From: Candidatus Vogelbacteria bacterium
Lineage (GTDB): Bacteria > Patescibacteriota > Minisyncoccia > Phycocordibacterales > JACRKE01
Direction: 5' to 3'
Assembly (NCBI GenBank): GCA_016215335.1
Contig: JACRKE010000037.1
Coordinates: 2,924-66,923 of the forward strand
DNA length: 64,000 bases
The translations under genes and the position numbers were made by a program. This document shows, piece by piece, positions 53,768 to 63,465 of the stretch. The notes beneath the pieces were generated by a model. The model searched no databases, was not told the DNA's origin, and saw only the letters and a program-made list of their open reading frames with translations. Every line of letters starts with the position of its first letter. Positions within the stretch are counted from its first letter, which is position 1.

Positions 53768-56700
53768 ATGAAAATAGATAAAATCTTTAACAAGCGAGCC
53801 ATCGCGCTCTTCACGTTTCTGTTTTCAATAATATTGCCACTTCAAGCGAGTGCATATGCCGCCATGAATACGGATCCGCAGGATTACCCGACAGTGGCAG
53901 TAGTTAATGTTCGCACTAACCCTGTTCCGTCACAAACTGTATGGAGCACATCTGAAACCGCGCGACCTGGTGACCCCATGAATGTCCGTATCTATTTTCA
54001 CACTGACAATGCATCCACCGAGCCGGCTCGTCAGGTACGCGCCAGGATTCAGATGCCAACTGGCAACTCGACCCAGTTCACAATTTCTGGAAGCGTTGGT
54101 GGAACAAACACTAATCTTTCGACTGGTCAATCAACTATTACACTAAACCCCGCCGAACAGCAGCATATTATAATCCGACCGAATTCAGTGAAGTGGTTCC
54201 CAACTCAAGCATCGATACAAGCCAACCAACCTGCTCCATTTCCTAATGGTCAGACAGGAGATGAAATTTTCACAAGCGGTGGAGTACTACTCGGTGATGT
54301 TCCTGGTGGGTGGCCGAATCAAGGCGCGATAGTCGCTGATTTTTGGATCAGTAATGACGCGCCCGTAGCGCCCGTTGTTACAACCAATCCCGCAACCAAC
54401 GTGACCGTGAGTTCAGCAACACTGAATGGTAATGTCACAACGAACGGTGCCCCAGGAATGACCGCATGGTTTGATTGGGGGACTGACCAAAACAACCTTT
54501 CGAATCGCACTCAAGTCATTTCGACATCGGGCGGCGTCTATTCGGCAAACTTGAACGGACTTTCCTCAAACACAACTTATTACTTTAGAGCATCCGGCAA
54601 GGCATCAGATTCAGTGCAAATTTTCAGCGGTGCTACATTGAATTTCACCACAGGTAATAACCCCGCATCAGTCTGTCCAGCAGTGACTACCTCGCCGGCA
54701 ACATCCGTCACTCAAACTTCCGCAACTATTGGGGGGTCAATAACCGGAACTTCGGGTTCGACTGTTACTCGTTGGTTTGATCTTGGTAATTCGCCTTCAA
54801 ATTTAGGACAATTTACTCAAGAGATTCCAGCAAATGTCGATGGATCAGTTTCGCAAAATCTTTTCAACCTTCAACCAAATCAGATCTATTATTACAGATT
54901 AGTTGCAAGAACATCTAATCTTTCATGTCCGGGTGCCGTGAACGGTATTATATTGGGGAACGCTTTGAACTTCACAACGGGAGCGCAAGCACAGGGCATA
55001 AGCGCCACCACAAATCCGGCAACTTCGGTAACTCAGGCTTCAGCAACCCTAAACGGTGCCACTACCTTGAACGGTAACACCAATGTTACGCGATGGTTCG
55101 AATGGGGCCCAACTCAAGGACTTGGTGTGCTTACAGCGCCACAGAATGCTTCGGACTCGAACTATCAGGACGCGATCGGCAATCTAAGCCCAAATACAAC
55201 TTACTATTTCCAAGCTGTTGCGAGAACACAAACAGGTCAAGTGGCGAGAGGTGTCATACTGCCGTTCGCTACACAGGGTACGGTTAATAGTTGTCCCACG
55301 ATAACAACTTTATCGGCTACCAACTTAACCATAAACGGTGCCACATTGAACGCGACTGTTTCGGGTATTACTGGCATTGGCCCAGGCATGTGGTTTGAAT
55401 ACGGCCCAACAACAAGCTACGGTTACACCACAACCATACAAGCTCCGCAGAATGGTCAGAACCAAGCTTTCGCCGGAAATCTGACCCCCGGCCAGACGTA
55501 TTTCTTCCGTGCCATTCTGCAAGCACCTAACTGTGCAGTTACAAATGGAGGTCAGATGTCATTTACACTTGGGCAACAAGCACAAAATCTTTCCGTTACA
55601 ACTCAATCTGCTACGAATGTAACGGTGAGTTCTGCGACGTTGAACGGTTACCTAACCGCATCGAACTATTCGAACGTCACAAGGTGGTTTGAGTGGGGCA
55701 CGAACTCTTCATACGGCAATCGCACAAACACCCAGTCCGCTTATTCCGCCGGAAATTTTAGCGATTACATTTCCGGACTTTCGCAGAACACTACTTATTT
55801 CTTTAGGGCAGTGGCACAAGATGGCAACGGGAATGTCGCCTACGGTTCACAGCTTAACTTCACCACTCCATCATCTGGCGGTAGCGCTAACTTCTATAGT
55901 TGTCCTAACTACACCATAGGAACGCTTACGGCTTCTCCAATTGATTCAACTTCCGCATACTTGAGAGGAGTTGTGAATTCAAACAGTTCGAGTGGTTATA
56001 GTTACACAACATGGATTGAATACGGTCCGACAACTTCCTACGGCATGTCCACAACTCGTCAATATAATTCTGGAGGCACATTTACCCAGTTAGTAGCAAA
56101 TCTTCAGCCCGGAGTGATTTATTATTACAGGGCAGTGGCCCAGGTTGAGAATAACGGTTACTCCGGGGGTTACTTCAACAGTTTCTTCTGCGGTTATCAG
56201 AACATCCAGTATGGAAATTCACTTACAGTGAGCACCCAAAGTCAGACGTTCGTTCCTTATGTACAGCCGGTGATTCAGCCGCAGCCTGTAATTATTCAAC
56301 AGCAAATTACGCAAAGCGTAATTACCCAACCTGCAACATCAATAACTCAAACCGCTGCCAGAGTGAATGGTGTTGCGACAATTAGTAATGTTCCCACAAA
56401 TGGATGGTTTGAGTGGGGTACGAGCGTTAACCTTGGCAGTCAGACCAACCCAGCGGATCTTGGTAACTACTCTTCAAATACTTTCTACGCGAACTTAAAC
56501 AGTTTGCAGCCAGGACAGACCTACTATTTCAGAGCGGTTATTCAAAACAAGCAAAACGGTAATACCTTAAAAGGCGACGTACTCTCGTTCCGCACCCTTA
56601 CTCCGGTTTACGTTCCACCTGTTTACGATTACACGCCACCGGTTAAACCAAGTACCGCTCCAGTAAAATTAACGATTGCAAAGGAGGCTCAAAATATCTC

Positions 56701-57628
56701 TTCTCCAAATGGAGGTATTGGATGTTCAGACGCTGTGACTGCAAAAGCAGGAAACACAATCGCGTACTACATAACAGTAAAAAATAGCGGAGGGGTAGAG
56801 GCAAATGGTGTCTTGGTTAAAGATGTAATGCCTGATTTCCTACGGTTTAGAGCTGGAAGTGATAATGCCAGATATGATGAGTCATCGAGAGAAGTTTCTT
56901 GGAATATCGACCTTCGCGCCGGTGAGACAAAGCAGCTGCAGGTTCAAGCATTAGTCGACCGCGTAACAGAGAATAAGACAGTAAAGAATACAGCATCAAT
57001 AACTTACGGCTCAACGGTAAAGCGCTCAGGTACTCCATGTTTGATAATCATGGTGGACCCCGTAACTCTCGTGTTGTCACCCGACAAAAACTCCGTAAAC
57101 GCTGGTGACACTCTTACGTACACTGTAATCTACAGAAATAGTAGTGGTGCAAAGATAAGTTCCGCTGTACTTCGAGTATTGCTTCCTGCGGACACGACAC
57201 TCATTTCTGCGGAAAAGGGAACGATTTCTTCATCTGACGGCACGATCGTTCTAACCGTTGGCGACATGCAGCCAAAAGAGGAGGGAAGATTTAGAATTAC
57301 AGTCAAGATTGGTAATACTGCAGCGGCAGGGTCAACTTTGACTGCGGTACTTGTAATGGATTATCGCGATGCTGTCGGGCAGGAACAGGCTGAAGCGCAC
57401 AGTTTTGTACCAGTATTAATCGGAGGTTCAGCTGCGACTCAGATTCTCGACTCATCCATGGAAAAACAAGGAACGGGTCTCGGAGCTCTGTTCGGTACGG
57501 GTTTCTTGCCTCAGACCTTGATTGGTTGGCTCGTGCTCATTGTGATTTTACTCGCTCTCTACTTCATTGGACGTAAGATTTTGAATCCGAATGCTGGAGT
57601 AAGTAAAACAGACGTAATCGTTAAATAA
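53768..57628 (+). CDS. giant surface protein with ~10 tandem Fn3-like ~100-aa repeats, DUF11-like repeat region and C-terminal LPxTx-like sorting signal
   Basis: Signal peptide (MKIDKIF...ILPLQASAYA). Recurrent WF(E/D)WG...Y...L.PNTTYYFRAVA.....G motif at least 8 times. C-terminus ...GFLPQTLIGWLVLIVILLALYFIGRK (LPQTL + hydrophobic + basic). Start could also be 53750 or 53684. Confidence 0.6.
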   Translation: MKIDKIFNKRAIALFTFLFSIILPLQASAYAAMNTDPQDYPTVAVVNVRTNPVPSQTVWSTSETARPGDPMNVRIYFHTDNASTEPARQVRARIQMPTGNSTQFTISGSVGGTNTNLSTGQSTITLNPAEQQHIIIRPNSVKWFPTQASIQANQPAPFPNGQTGDEIFTSGGVLLGDVPGGWPNQGAIVADFWISNDAPVAPVVTTNPATNVTVSSATLNGNVTTNGAPGMTAWFDWGTDQNNLSNRTQVISTSGGVYSANLNGLSSNTTYYFRASGKASDSVQIFSGATLNFTTGNNPASVCPAVTTSPATSVTQTSATIGGSITGTSGSTVTRWFDLGNSPSNLGQFTQEIPANVDGSVSQNLFNLQPNQIYYYRLVARTSNLSCPGAVNGIILGNALNFTTGAQAQGISATTNPATSVTQASATLNGATTLNGNTNVTRWFEWGPTQGLGVLTAPQNASDSNYQDAIGNLSPNTTYYFQAVARTQTGQVARGVILPFATQGTVNSCPTITTLSATNLTINGATLNATVSGITGIGPGMWFEYGPTTSYGYTTTIQAPQNGQNQAFAGNLTPGQTYFFRAILQAPNCAVTNGGQMSFTLGQQAQNLSVTTQSATNVTVSSATLNGYLTASNYSNVTRWFEWGTNSSYGNRTNTQSAYSAGNFSDYISGLSQNTTYFFRAVAQDGNGNVAYGSQLNFTTPSSGGSANFYSCPNYTIGTLTASPIDSTSAYLRGVVNSNSSSGYSYTTWIEYGPTTSYGMSTTRQYNSGGTFTQLVANLQPGVIYYYRAVAQVENNGYSGGYFNSFFCGYQNIQYGNSLTVSTQSQTFVPYVQPVIQPQPVIIQQQITQSVITQPATSITQTAARVNGVATISNVPTNGWFEWGTSVNLGSQTNPADLGNYSSNTFYANLNSLQPGQTYYFRAVIQNKQNGNTLKGDVLSFRTLTPVYVPPVYDYTPPVKPSTAPVKLTIAKEAQNISSPNGGIGCSDAVTAKAGNTIAYYITVKNSGGVEANGVLVKDVMPDFLRFRAGSDNARYDESSREVSWNIDLRAGETKQLQVQALVDRVTENKTVKNTASITYGSTVKRSGTPCLIIMVDPVTLVLSPDKNSVNAGDTLTYTVIYRNSSGAKISSAVLRVLLPADTTLISAEKGTISSSDGTIVLTVGDMQPKEEGRFRITVKIGNTAAAGSTLTAVLVMDYRDAVGQEQAEAHSFVPVLIGGSAATQILDSSMEKQGTGLGALFGTGFLPQTLIGWLVLIVILLALYFIGRKILNPNAGVSKTDVIVK

Positions 57629-57663
57629 TCCTTACAGCTAAAGAGGCCACCAGGATCTCATAA

Positions 57664-57707
57664 AAGCACAAAAATACCCCCCTCCGCCCATTGGCGGAAA
57701 GGGGGTA
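57664..57707. terminator. bidirectional terminator hairpin after the giant surface-protein gene
   Basis: aaaataccccctccgcc-catt-ggcggaaagggggtatttt with a flanking A-run and T-run. Confidence 0.6.
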
Positions 57708-57729
57708 TTTTTGTGCTAAACTATTTCAA

Positions 57730-58179
57730 ATGGCAAGACAAGTTATAACCAAAAGCCTAAAGGAAACACATGATGTGGCTCGCGGGTTTTACTCGTGGCT
57801 TACGCAACAACCGAATGGGTCCGGTACTGGGCATATTGTGTGTCTCAGGGGTGATCTTGGTGCTGGCAAAACGTCATTCACCCAGGGTCTCGCTCTGGCC
57901 ATGGGGGTAGAAGATAATATCACAAGCCCTACGTTTGTGCTCATGAAAAAATACAAAGGCCTTAACGAGAAAAATTTAGTTCACTTCGATGTGTATAGGC
58001 TTGAGAATTCAAAAGATCTCGAGCCTCTTCGATTTGAAGAATATGTCGGAAACTTGAACAATATAGTTGTTGTAGAATGGCCGGAGAAGATTGGCGAAGC
58101 ATTACCGGCACACGCGCATACAGTGCTTTTTAAATTTATAGATGAAAATACCAGAGAGATAACCTTGCCCTATGAGTGA
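57730..58179 (+). CDS. tsaE: tRNA threonylcarbamoyladenosine biosynthesis protein TsaE
   Basis: P-loop GDLGAGKTSF and PTFVLM motif typical of YjeE/TsaE; first ATG downstream of the terminator hairpin. Confidence 0.7.
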   Translation: MARQVITKSLKETHDVARGFYSWLTQQPNGSGTGHIVCLRGDLGAGKTSFTQGLALAMGVEDNITSPTFVLMKKYKGLNEKNLVHFDVYRLENSKDLEPLRFEEYVGNLNNIVVVEWPEKIGEALPAHAHTVLFKFIDENTREITLPYE

Positions 58180-60688
58180 CCAAAGAAAAAAAATAGTTCT
58201 TCTTGATACTCACGCGATTCTTCATCGCGCATACCATGCCCTGCCGGATTTTGCGAGCGACAAGGGAGAACCGACTGGTGCGCTCTATGGCTTAACGGTT
58301 TTGCTTCTAAAACTTATCAAAGAATTTCGGCCGGAGATAATCGTGGCATGTTACGATCTGCCGAAACTTACTTTTAGACACGCAAAGTTTGCTGAATATA
58401 AAGCTGGTAGAGCACAAGTCGAGGATAACTTAATTTCCCAAATTAGGCGTTCGAGCCAGCTTTTCGAGGCGTTTGGAATTCCTATCGTGGCGGCGCCAGG
58501 TTTTGAGGCAGATGACATGCTAGGAACCATTGTAGAAAAGTTGAAAGGTAATAGGAGTTATCAAATTATTATTGCGTCGGGAGACATGGACACTCTCCAG
58601 CTCGTGACAGACGATAATGTGGTTGTATATACTCTGAAAAAAGGTATCAACGACACAATAATTTATGACGAGAAAGGGGTAAAAGCCCGCTTCGGTTTTG
58701 GGCCTGAACTTTTGCCTGATTATAAGGGGCTTCGTGGAGATCCGACTGACAATATACCGGGGGTGAAAGGCATAGGGGAGAAGACTGCAACGGAACTCAT
58801 CCTGAAGTTTGGCACGATCGAGAAAATGTACGAAACATTAGAAAAGCACAAAACACAAACCGTACAAAAACCAAACAAAACACAAAACTCAAAAAACAAA
58901 AGTTCGTCAAAAAACCAAAACGAATTCGGATTGTCACCGAGGATTTTGGATTTATTACTTGCGAACAAAGAAGAGGCTGAATTTTCAAAAATGCTTGGTA
59001 CCATCAGACGCGATGCGCCAATTGATTTTTCGCTAGAGCTGAGTAACTTCAAAGATAATTTCAAAATTGAAACAGCCAAAAAGTTTTTAGGCGAACTATC
59101 ATTTAGAAGCTTAGTTCCGCGACTCAATGAGGTTGCGACCGGAGAAGTTAAGAAACCGCAGATGTCGACAAAACCTAATCATGGAAGCGAGCTCTCTGTT
59201 GACTGGGCAGAAAGCCCTGCGAATGCAATAGATGCTGTTGTCCGAGGCGAGACCTCGGACATGCCGATTGTTGACGTAAATTCTCAGCAGTTCAAACGTT
59301 CGGCTATTATGTATTGGCTTATTGATTCCAGTAAGACCGATCCGACAGGACAACAGATATTTGAATATACCAAAACTAACAATCTTGAAGACGCGGAAAA
59401 TTTTTTATTAAAAAAAATTAAAATCGACAAGCTCGAAGATGTGTATAAGGAAATCGAGCTTCCACTTATTCCCATTCTTGAACGAGTAAAAGAACACGGA
59501 ATGCTCGTGGATGTAGGGTATCTGAAAGAGCTCTCAGATAAATATCATATAGTTTTAAGCCAACTTGAAAAAGATATTTGGGAACTTGCGGGAGGCGAGT
59601 TTAATATTAATTCTCCAAAACAACTTGGGGAAATCATTTTCGATAAACTCGGACTGGGTGGTAAGAAAGTGAAGAAAACCGCAACAGGAAACGCTTCGAC
59701 CAAAGTGGAAGAATTGGAGAAGCTAAAAGGCACTCATCCTATTATTGAAAAGATCATGGATTATCGAGAATACCAAAAGTTACTCTCAACCTATATTGAC
59801 TCTATACCGGAACAACTCGGCAAGGATGGCAGACTCCACTCAGATTTGATTCAGACTGGTGCCGCAACGGGTAGAATGTCGTCTCACAATCCAAATCTTC
59901 AAAATATTCCCATTAAAACTGAACTAGGCAGGGTAATTAGGAAGGCATTTGTTGCGAGCCTCGGATTTGTGCTCGCCGCCTTCGACTACTCGCAAATTGA
60001 TCTACGCATGGCGGCACTGCTCTCTAGGGATCCGCTGTTTATAAAAATATTTCAAGGCAAGAATGATGTACATACGAGTGTGGCGTCTCTTGTATTTAAA
60101 GTTGCACCAGAGAAAGTGGATCGTGAGATGCGAAGACGGGCTAAAGTAATAAACTTCGGAATATTGTACGGTATGGGAGTGAATGCGCTTAAACAAAATT
60201 TAGGCACAGAGAGAAAGGAAGCCGAAGAGTTTTACAAAATGTATTTTGAACAGTTCCATGGGCTTCGAGAATATCTTGATTCTCTAAAAGAGTTTGCCAG
60301 AAAAAACGGCTACACCACAACCTTTTTTGGCCGCAGGAGATACTATCCAAAAATTAAATCCCCGATGCCTTTCGTCCGAAGTATGGAAGAACGTATGGCT
60401 ATGAACGCGCCAATACAAGGCACCTCTGCCGACGTGATTAAACTTGCCATGAGCAAGGCGGATGAAGAACTTAAAAAAGCGGGCATTGAAACTAAAGTTT
60501 TTCCACTGCTTCAGGTGCACGATGAACTAATATATGAAATAAAAAAGGGTGTAGAGAAAGAAGCTACTAAAATAATAATTAAAGCAATGGAAAGCGTGCT
60601 CGACGGGCCGGTACCACTCGAAGTACATGCATCTTTAGGCAAGGATTGGGGAACTCTCGTTGGTACTAATATAGTATATTGTACATAG
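58172..60688 (+). CDS. polA: DNA polymerase I (5'-3' exonuclease + family A polymerase)
   Basis: 5'-nuclease motifs (LLDTHAILHRAYHA, GDPTDNIPGV); polymerase motif A (DYSQIDLRMAA), motif B (RRRAKVINFGILYGMG), motif C (LQVHDELIYE); low-complexity K/N/Q/S insert between domains; overlaps tsaE by 8 nt. Confidence 0.85.
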   Translation: MSDQRKKIVLLDTHAILHRAYHALPDFASDKGEPTGALYGLTVLLLKLIKEFRPEIIVACYDLPKLTFRHAKFAEYKAGRAQVEDNLISQIRRSSQLFEAFGIPIVAAPGFEADDMLGTIVEKLKGNRSYQIIIASGDMDTLQLVTDDNVVVYTLKKGINDTIIYDEKGVKARFGFGPELLPDYKGLRGDPTDNIPGVKGIGEKTATELILKFGTIEKMYETLEKHKTQTVQKPNKTQNSKNKSSSKNQNEFGLSPRILDLLLANKEEAEFSKMLGTIRRDAPIDFSLELSNFKDNFKIETAKKFLGELSFRSLVPRLNEVATGEVKKPQMSTKPNHGSELSVDWAESPANAIDAVVRGETSDMPIVDVNSQQFKRSAIMYWLIDSSKTDPTGQQIFEYTKTNNLEDAENFLLKKIKIDKLEDVYKEIELPLIPILERVKEHGMLVDVGYLKELSDKYHIVLSQLEKDIWELAGGEFNINSPKQLGEIIFDKLGLGGKKVKKTATGNASTKVEELEKLKGTHPIIEKIMDYREYQKLLSTYIDSIPEQLGKDGRLHSDLIQTGAATGRMSSHNPNLQNIPIKTELGRVIRKAFVASLGFVLAAFDYSQIDLRMAALLSRDPLFIKIFQGKNDVHTSVASLVFKVAPEKVDREMRRRAKVINFGILYGMGVNALKQNLGTERKEAEEFYKMYFEQFHGLREYLDSLKEFARKNGYTTTFFGRRRYYPKIKSPMPFVRSMEERMAMNAPIQGTSADVIKLAMSKADEELKKAGIETKVFPLLQVHDELIYEIKKGVEKEATKIIIKAMESVLDGPVPLEVHASLGKDWGTLVGTNIVYCT

Positions 60689-60734
60689 TATATAGGGATG
60701 AAAACCTTGTAGCTCTCGAAATAATCTTAAATTT

Positions 60735-60772
60735 ACCTATATACAATTTACTATTTACCATATACTAACCCG
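60735..60772 (+). promoter_or_regulatory. same upstream motif before ORF 60773
   Basis: TACCTATATACAATTTACTATTTACCATATACTAACCCG-ATG; an oppositely oriented degenerate copy overlaps the polA 3' end at 60668-60702. Confidence 0.45.
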
Positions 60773-61492
60773 ATGATTCATATAATCCACGGAAAAGATC
60801 AATCGAAAGCTTACAAACGCTTTTGTGAAGTCTCAAAAAAGATTCAGACAGATGATCCGACTCTTGCTCTGTATAATTTTTCACCTGAAAATTTCGTCGC
60901 ATCATCACTCGATGAACTCGTGCAAGCCCAGTCACTTTTTGGTGGAGGACACTTGGTGCTCGGAGAAAATCTGCTAAGCAATACTAACTTAAGCGGGGCC
61001 ATACTTGCATCTCTCGAAAACTTGAGCCTATCACCCCATATGTTTGTGTTTTTTGAAGAAGAGCTGAACAAAGAAATCTTAGAGAAAATTAAACCACATG
61101 CCAAAGTTGAAGAGTTTACAATGGCAAAAGGTTGGGACAAAGATCTGGAGAAGCCGGTTTATGCTCTTCAAGATGCTATTGGAGCGCACGACAAAAAAAC
61201 AATTTGGGTTTCATATCAAAAAGTGCTTTATGCAGGTTTCGCTGAAGAGATGATCTTCTGGAAACTGGCAAAATATTTGAAAAACTTGCTTGTTATTCAA
61301 AGGGGAGGCGGGATGTCTGAAATCGGAACCACGAGTGAATATTATTTCGGAAAGTTAAAGGCTCAGTCGAGTAAGTTTAAAGACAAAGAGTTAATTACCA
61401 AACTGGGTGACCTGATTTCAATCTGGCATGATTCGCACAGGGGACTTTGTGACTTTGATCTGGCACTAGAGAGATGGGTACTTGGGATTTAA
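60773..61492 (+). CDS. hypothetical protein (possible DNA polymerase III delta subunit HolA-like)
   Basis: 239 aa; N-terminus IHIIHGKDQSKAYKRF is reminiscent of HolA starts; weak. Confidence 0.3.
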   Translation: MIHIIHGKDQSKAYKRFCEVSKKIQTDDPTLALYNFSPENFVASSLDELVQAQSLFGGGHLVLGENLLSNTNLSGAILASLENLSLSPHMFVFFEEELNKEILEKIKPHAKVEEFTMAKGWDKDLEKPVYALQDAIGAHDKKTIWVSYQKVLYAGFAEEMIFWKLAKYLKNLLVIQRGGGMSEIGTTSEYYFGKLKAQSSKFKDKELITKLGDLISIWHDSHRGLCDFDLALERWVLGI

Positions 61493-61595
61493 ATTTTCGA
61501 TCGGCATTTACTTATCACTAAAACGTGATAGTATGTTCACCGGATAGGAGAAGTTAAAAACTGAAACAACGACCCGGAGTCAAGTGAATTAAGAG

Positions 61596-62315
61596 GTGCT
61601 AGATGCCCATAATACTTGGAGTAGTCGCTACCTTGGTTGCCTTCTTGGTGACTGGAGCGATTCAATGCCAACAATTTACGTTGGCATCATGACAGGTGTA
61701 AGTACGGTCTACATCACTAAGGCGTGGCAACGACAGACTTCGCCCGTACTGGTAACGTGGGTGATATTTGCGTTCGCAACAGTCCTCGCACTTTGGACCG
61801 CCCTCTCGTTTGGCGAGGCGCTTTCGGTCAACGTTCCAAACTTGCTCGACATCCCAGTAACTTGGGGAGTCGCAGCAGTTCTTGTCTATCGTAGGCGAGA
61901 CATTAAGTTTTTCCCAGCAGAGAAACTTGATAAGTGGCTCACCGCTCTGTGTCTTGTTGCGACCGTGGTAGTCTTCGTAGAATGGTTGATTAGTCATGAT
62001 CACAAACACGCGAACAACTGCATTCAGGTGATAATGTCTGTCGCCTATATTCCCACGTGGAGGGGATTGTATAAGGCGGACAAAAACCCAGAAGCTTACG
62101 GTGTTTGGTGCGTCATCTTTATCGTATCAGCTCTCGCTATGCTAATGGGATTCTTGCGAGGGCAGGATGTGGCCATGAAGTACGGTATTAGGGCGACGGT
62201 GTGCGTGGGCGGAGTGCTGTTGCTCATGGTGCGCCTGGATTATTACCTTCCAACGTTCGCCCTCACAAACGGTACAATTCCGGACTGGCTAAGGAAAAAA
62301 GACATTGGTGCATAA
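61596..62315 (+). CDS. polytopic membrane protein
   Basis: The track start is probably non-ATG; first ATG is MPTIYVGIMTG near 61665; ~6 TM helices; moderately GC-rich. Confidence 0.4.
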   Translation: MLDAHNTWSSRYLGCLLGDWSDSMPTIYVGIMTGVSTVYITKAWQRQTSPVLVTWVIFAFATVLALWTALSFGEALSVNVPNLLDIPVTWGVAAVLVYRRRDIKFFPAEKLDKWLTALCLVATVVVFVEWLISHDHKHANNCIQVIMSVAYIPTWRGLYKADKNPEAYGVWCVIFIVSALAMLMGFLRGQDVAMKYGIRATVCVGGVLLLMVRLDYYLPTFALTNGTIPDWLRKKDIGA

Positions 62316-62346
62316 AGGCTAACACACGATAGAAAGGAGAGTCTCT

Positions 62347-62520
62347 ATGCAGTGTCCTGAATGTCAGGCGTACAGTGGGAATACTCACGAGACGTGGTGT
62401 CCTGGTAGAAGGAAAGAAGAAGAGGTGAAGAATTTCGGTAAAGTGCAGGCATACAGATGTCCGACGTGCCAAGCGTACAAAGGCAACGTGCACGAATCAT
62501 GGTGCCAGTATCGCAAATAG
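62347..62520 (+). CDS. small Cys-rich protein with tandem CPxCQAYxGNxHExWC motifs (zinc-ribbon-like)
   Basis: Not in the ORF track (57 aa): MQCPECQAYSGNTHETWCPGRRKEEEVKNFGKVQAYRCPTCQAYKGNVHESWCQYRK. AAGGAG SD 9 nt upstream; followed by a hairpin plus T-run terminator. Confidence 0.5.
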   Translation: MQCPECQAYSGNTHETWCPGRRKEEEVKNFGKVQAYRCPTCQAYKGNVHESWCQYRK

Positions 62521-62603
62521 GAAAGAAGCAGACGAAAGGTTATCAATCCGTGCAGGCCAGACGTAACATCTGACGGCAGAACGTCTTAGATTCTGTCACT
62601 ATC

Positions 62604-62634
62604 GACCCCGCCCAAGGCGGGGCCGTTTTCTTTA
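62604..62634 (+). terminator. intrinsic terminator after the small Cys-rich ORF
   Basis: gaccccgcc-caa-ggcggggcc followed by gttttcttt. Confidence 0.6.
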
Positions 62635-62648
62635 GTAAATTTAATTTG

Positions 62649-62721
62649 TCCGCCCACCTGGATTCGAACCAGGGACCACTTCCTTAAAAGGGAATTGCTC
62701 TACCAACTGAGCTATGGGCGG
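62649..62721 (-). tRNA. tRNA-Lys (anticodon UUU)
   Basis: Minus-strand cloverleaf: acceptor CCGCCCA/TGGGCGG; D-arm GCTC-AGTTGGTA-GAGC; anticodon loop CTTTTAA (U33, UUU, A37); T-arm CCTGG-TTCGAAT-CCAGG; discriminator A; CCA not encoded. Confidence 0.85.
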
Positions 62722-62773
62722 GAATAACAAACTAGTCAGAAAACAATACCAGAAAGTTACACTTAAGTCTATA

Positions 62774-62798
62774 CACTTGGAAGCCGAGCTTCCAAGTG
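62774..62798. repeat. REP-like palindrome copy, inverted orientation (CACTTGGAAG-CCGAG-CTTCCAAGTG)
   Basis: Same core, with loop CCGAG (the reverse complement of the CTCGG loop of the other copies); 14 nt upstream of the HUH transposase start. Confidence 0.8.
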
Positions 62799-62811
62799 AT
62801 ATGATTAAATT

Positions 62812-63453
62812 ATGAGAAACTTAGATTTTGTGGAGGGCGAATATTACCATATTTACAATCGGGGCACTGACAAAAGGTCGATTGTTGAGGATGCTTATGA
62901 TTCCAATCGTTTTGTTCAGTGCCTTAAGGAGTTGAATGTAAAGGACCCGATTGGTAGTATGTTTGAAAATTCATTTAGGAATAAAGACACATCATCAGAA
63001 CCGCTTGTTGATATCGTATGCTATTGTCTGAATCCTAATCACTACCATTTACTTCTTAGCCCTCACGTTGAAAATGGAATAGAAAAGTTCATGCATAGAC
63101 TCGGGACCGCACATACCAAATATTATAACAATAGACACAAGAGAAATGGAGTCTTGTTTCAGGGCAAGTTTAAGGCGGTATATGTAGCGGATAATGACTA
63201 TTTGCTACACGTTAGTTCGTATGTGAATATTAATGATAGGGTACACCAACTTGGAAGCTCGGCTTCCAAGTTGGTGAGATCGAGCTGGGATGAGTATGTT
63301 CTGAACAAGACTGGATTTTGTGTTAAGGATGTTGTTTTGGGTCAATTTAAAAATCCGAATGAGTACAAGAAGTTTGCGGAGGATTCCTTGAGTTCAATGT
63401 TAGACAGCAAGAAAGAACAACGGGAGCTGGATAATTTTGAGTTTGACGTATAG
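62812..63453 (+). CDS. HUH/Y1 single-strand DNA transposase (IS200/IS605 TnpA- or RAYT-like)
   Basis: YCLNPNHYHLLLSP (HuH motif in IS200-typical context) and a downstream Tyr-rich catalytic segment QGKFKAVYVADNDYLLHVSSYVNIN. The ORF continues through an internal REP-like palindrome, so the functional protein may end near 63240. Confidence 0.65.
   Translation: MRNLDFVEGEYYHIYNRGTDKRSIVEDAYDSNRFVQCLKELNVKDPIGSMFENSFRNKDTSSEPLVDIVCYCLNPNHYHLLLSPHVENGIEKFMHRLGTAHTKYYNNRHKRNGVLFQGKFKAVYVADNDYLLHVSSYVNINDRVHQLGSSASKLVRSSWDEYVLNKTGFCVKDVVLGQFKNPNEYKKFAEDSLSSMLDSKKEQRELDNFEFDV
63244..63276. repeat. REP-like palindrome copy inside the transposase ORF (CACCAACTTGGAAGC-TCGG-CTTCCAAGTTGGTG)
   Basis: 14-bp perfect stem; reads in frame as HQLGSSASKLV. 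Confidence 0.75.
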
Positions 63454-63465
63454 GTAGCTTAACAA

